64,000 nucleotides of DNA from Leucoraja erinacea (lineage: Eukaryota): assembly GCF_028641065.1 (NCBI RefSeq), contig NC_073379.1:12648001-12712000 (forward strand). Reading direction: 5' to 3'. Both the position numbers and the translations under genes were made by a program. A model generated the notes under the pieces. The model made no database searches and was not told the DNA's origin. It worked only from the letters and a program-made list of their open reading frames with translations. Below are positions 63,033 through 64,000 of the stretch, one piece after another (position 1 is the stretch's first letter; each line of letters starts with the position of its first letter).

Positions 63033-64000
63033 CGCCAACACTTCAGTGTGGAGTCCACCTCACCCACAGCTGTGAGCTTCTTGACGCTGAAATGCGGAAC
63101 TTGCTCCAAGTATTTCTACATTTCCGGCAAAGATTCGAGGAACTGCTATACGTACTGATAATTAGTCATTTCATACTGAGCAGGGTTAGGGTCCTGAGCA
63201 AAAATCAGTCATGGAGGAACTAAGCGGGTTAAGCAGTATCCGTGAAGGGACATTAACAGACGGCGTCTGAATAAAGAGGTCAAGACCCGGCACGTCGTCT
63301 TCCCATTCTCCTCCACAGGCGTTGCCTGAACCGCTGATCTTTTTCCAGCAATTTGGTTTTCGCACAAGATTCCGGATCTGCATGTTCGTGTCCCCAGCAT
63401 TATCGCCATGGAGCGGTGTAGTGCAGGAACAGGCCTTTTAACCCGGCATGCGTACAATGTGCCAACAAGTATCCATCCCATAATCCTAGTGACCCTCGAG
63501 GAATGCAAAGAACGTCAGAGAGTCTTTACATGTAATAGCACAGGCAGACAAAATTAATGATCATCTAGATCAACTGCGAAAATGTGCTAAGGAATAGAAG
63601 GCCAGTCATTTAACAAAAGTAATGACGCACACTGTGAACGACGGGGCCCTGGCGAGTGCTGGAAAACAAAGAGCCCAATAGCACACAAGTTAACATTTTC
63701 CAGAAATTGGCGACACGGGTAGTCAGCGTGGCGAGGAAGGTGTGTGGCAGGTTTAGGCAGGATTAATGTGGCCCATTCACATTAATCCCACCTTAATCCA
63801 ATTCAACCCATCAAAGGCTGTATCTCATTCCAGGGTAGCTGTCATCTCGCTTTGTTTCCAAGGATATTGCGGCTGTGAAATCTGCTTCTGTGTTTTCCAG
63901 TTTGTGTGAGGAAGTGAATGTAAAGAATGAATCACCCGTTGTCACCCTGCAATCGGAGCGACAGCAGGACCCAGCAACGACAACCCCACAGACACTTGTT

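Larger units (their letters stand above)
48300..64000 (+). repeat. segmental duplication copy B (runs off the window end)
   Basis: Colinear with 27610-41428; last bases ...ccccacagacacttgtt match 41412-41428. Confidence 0.95.

Overview
Eukaryotic, repeat-rich vertebrate DNA, most likely from a cartilaginous fish (skate/ray/shark). This is inferred from the V-SINE, CR1, Rex/Babar, L1, Penelope and DIRS repeats, a GPR139/142-type GPCR and a NAR-type V segment. Three host loci lie on the minus strand. (1) A GPR139/142-like GPCR coding exon with a single frameshift (17.3-18.3 kb). (2) A decayed leader-V(D)-RSS...RSS-J antigen-receptor cassette of IgNAR/NAR-TCR type (21.8-22.7 kb), which the ORF track shows only in part. 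(3) A recent tandem segmental duplication (~27.6-41.4 kb vs ~48.3-64 kb) with two copies of a five-exon SIGLEC15-like receptor: leader, V1 with the sialic-acid Arg, a second V domain with a long FG loop, a TM helix with a Lys, and a short tail. The right copy reads open (~342 aa); the left copy has a nonsense codon at the start of V1. Differences in the V2 exon are almost all amino-acid-changing and confined to one 57-nt loop. The rest is nested transposons, including a DIRS element with near-intact termini but dead ORFs. All exon boundaries and comparisons were read by eye.
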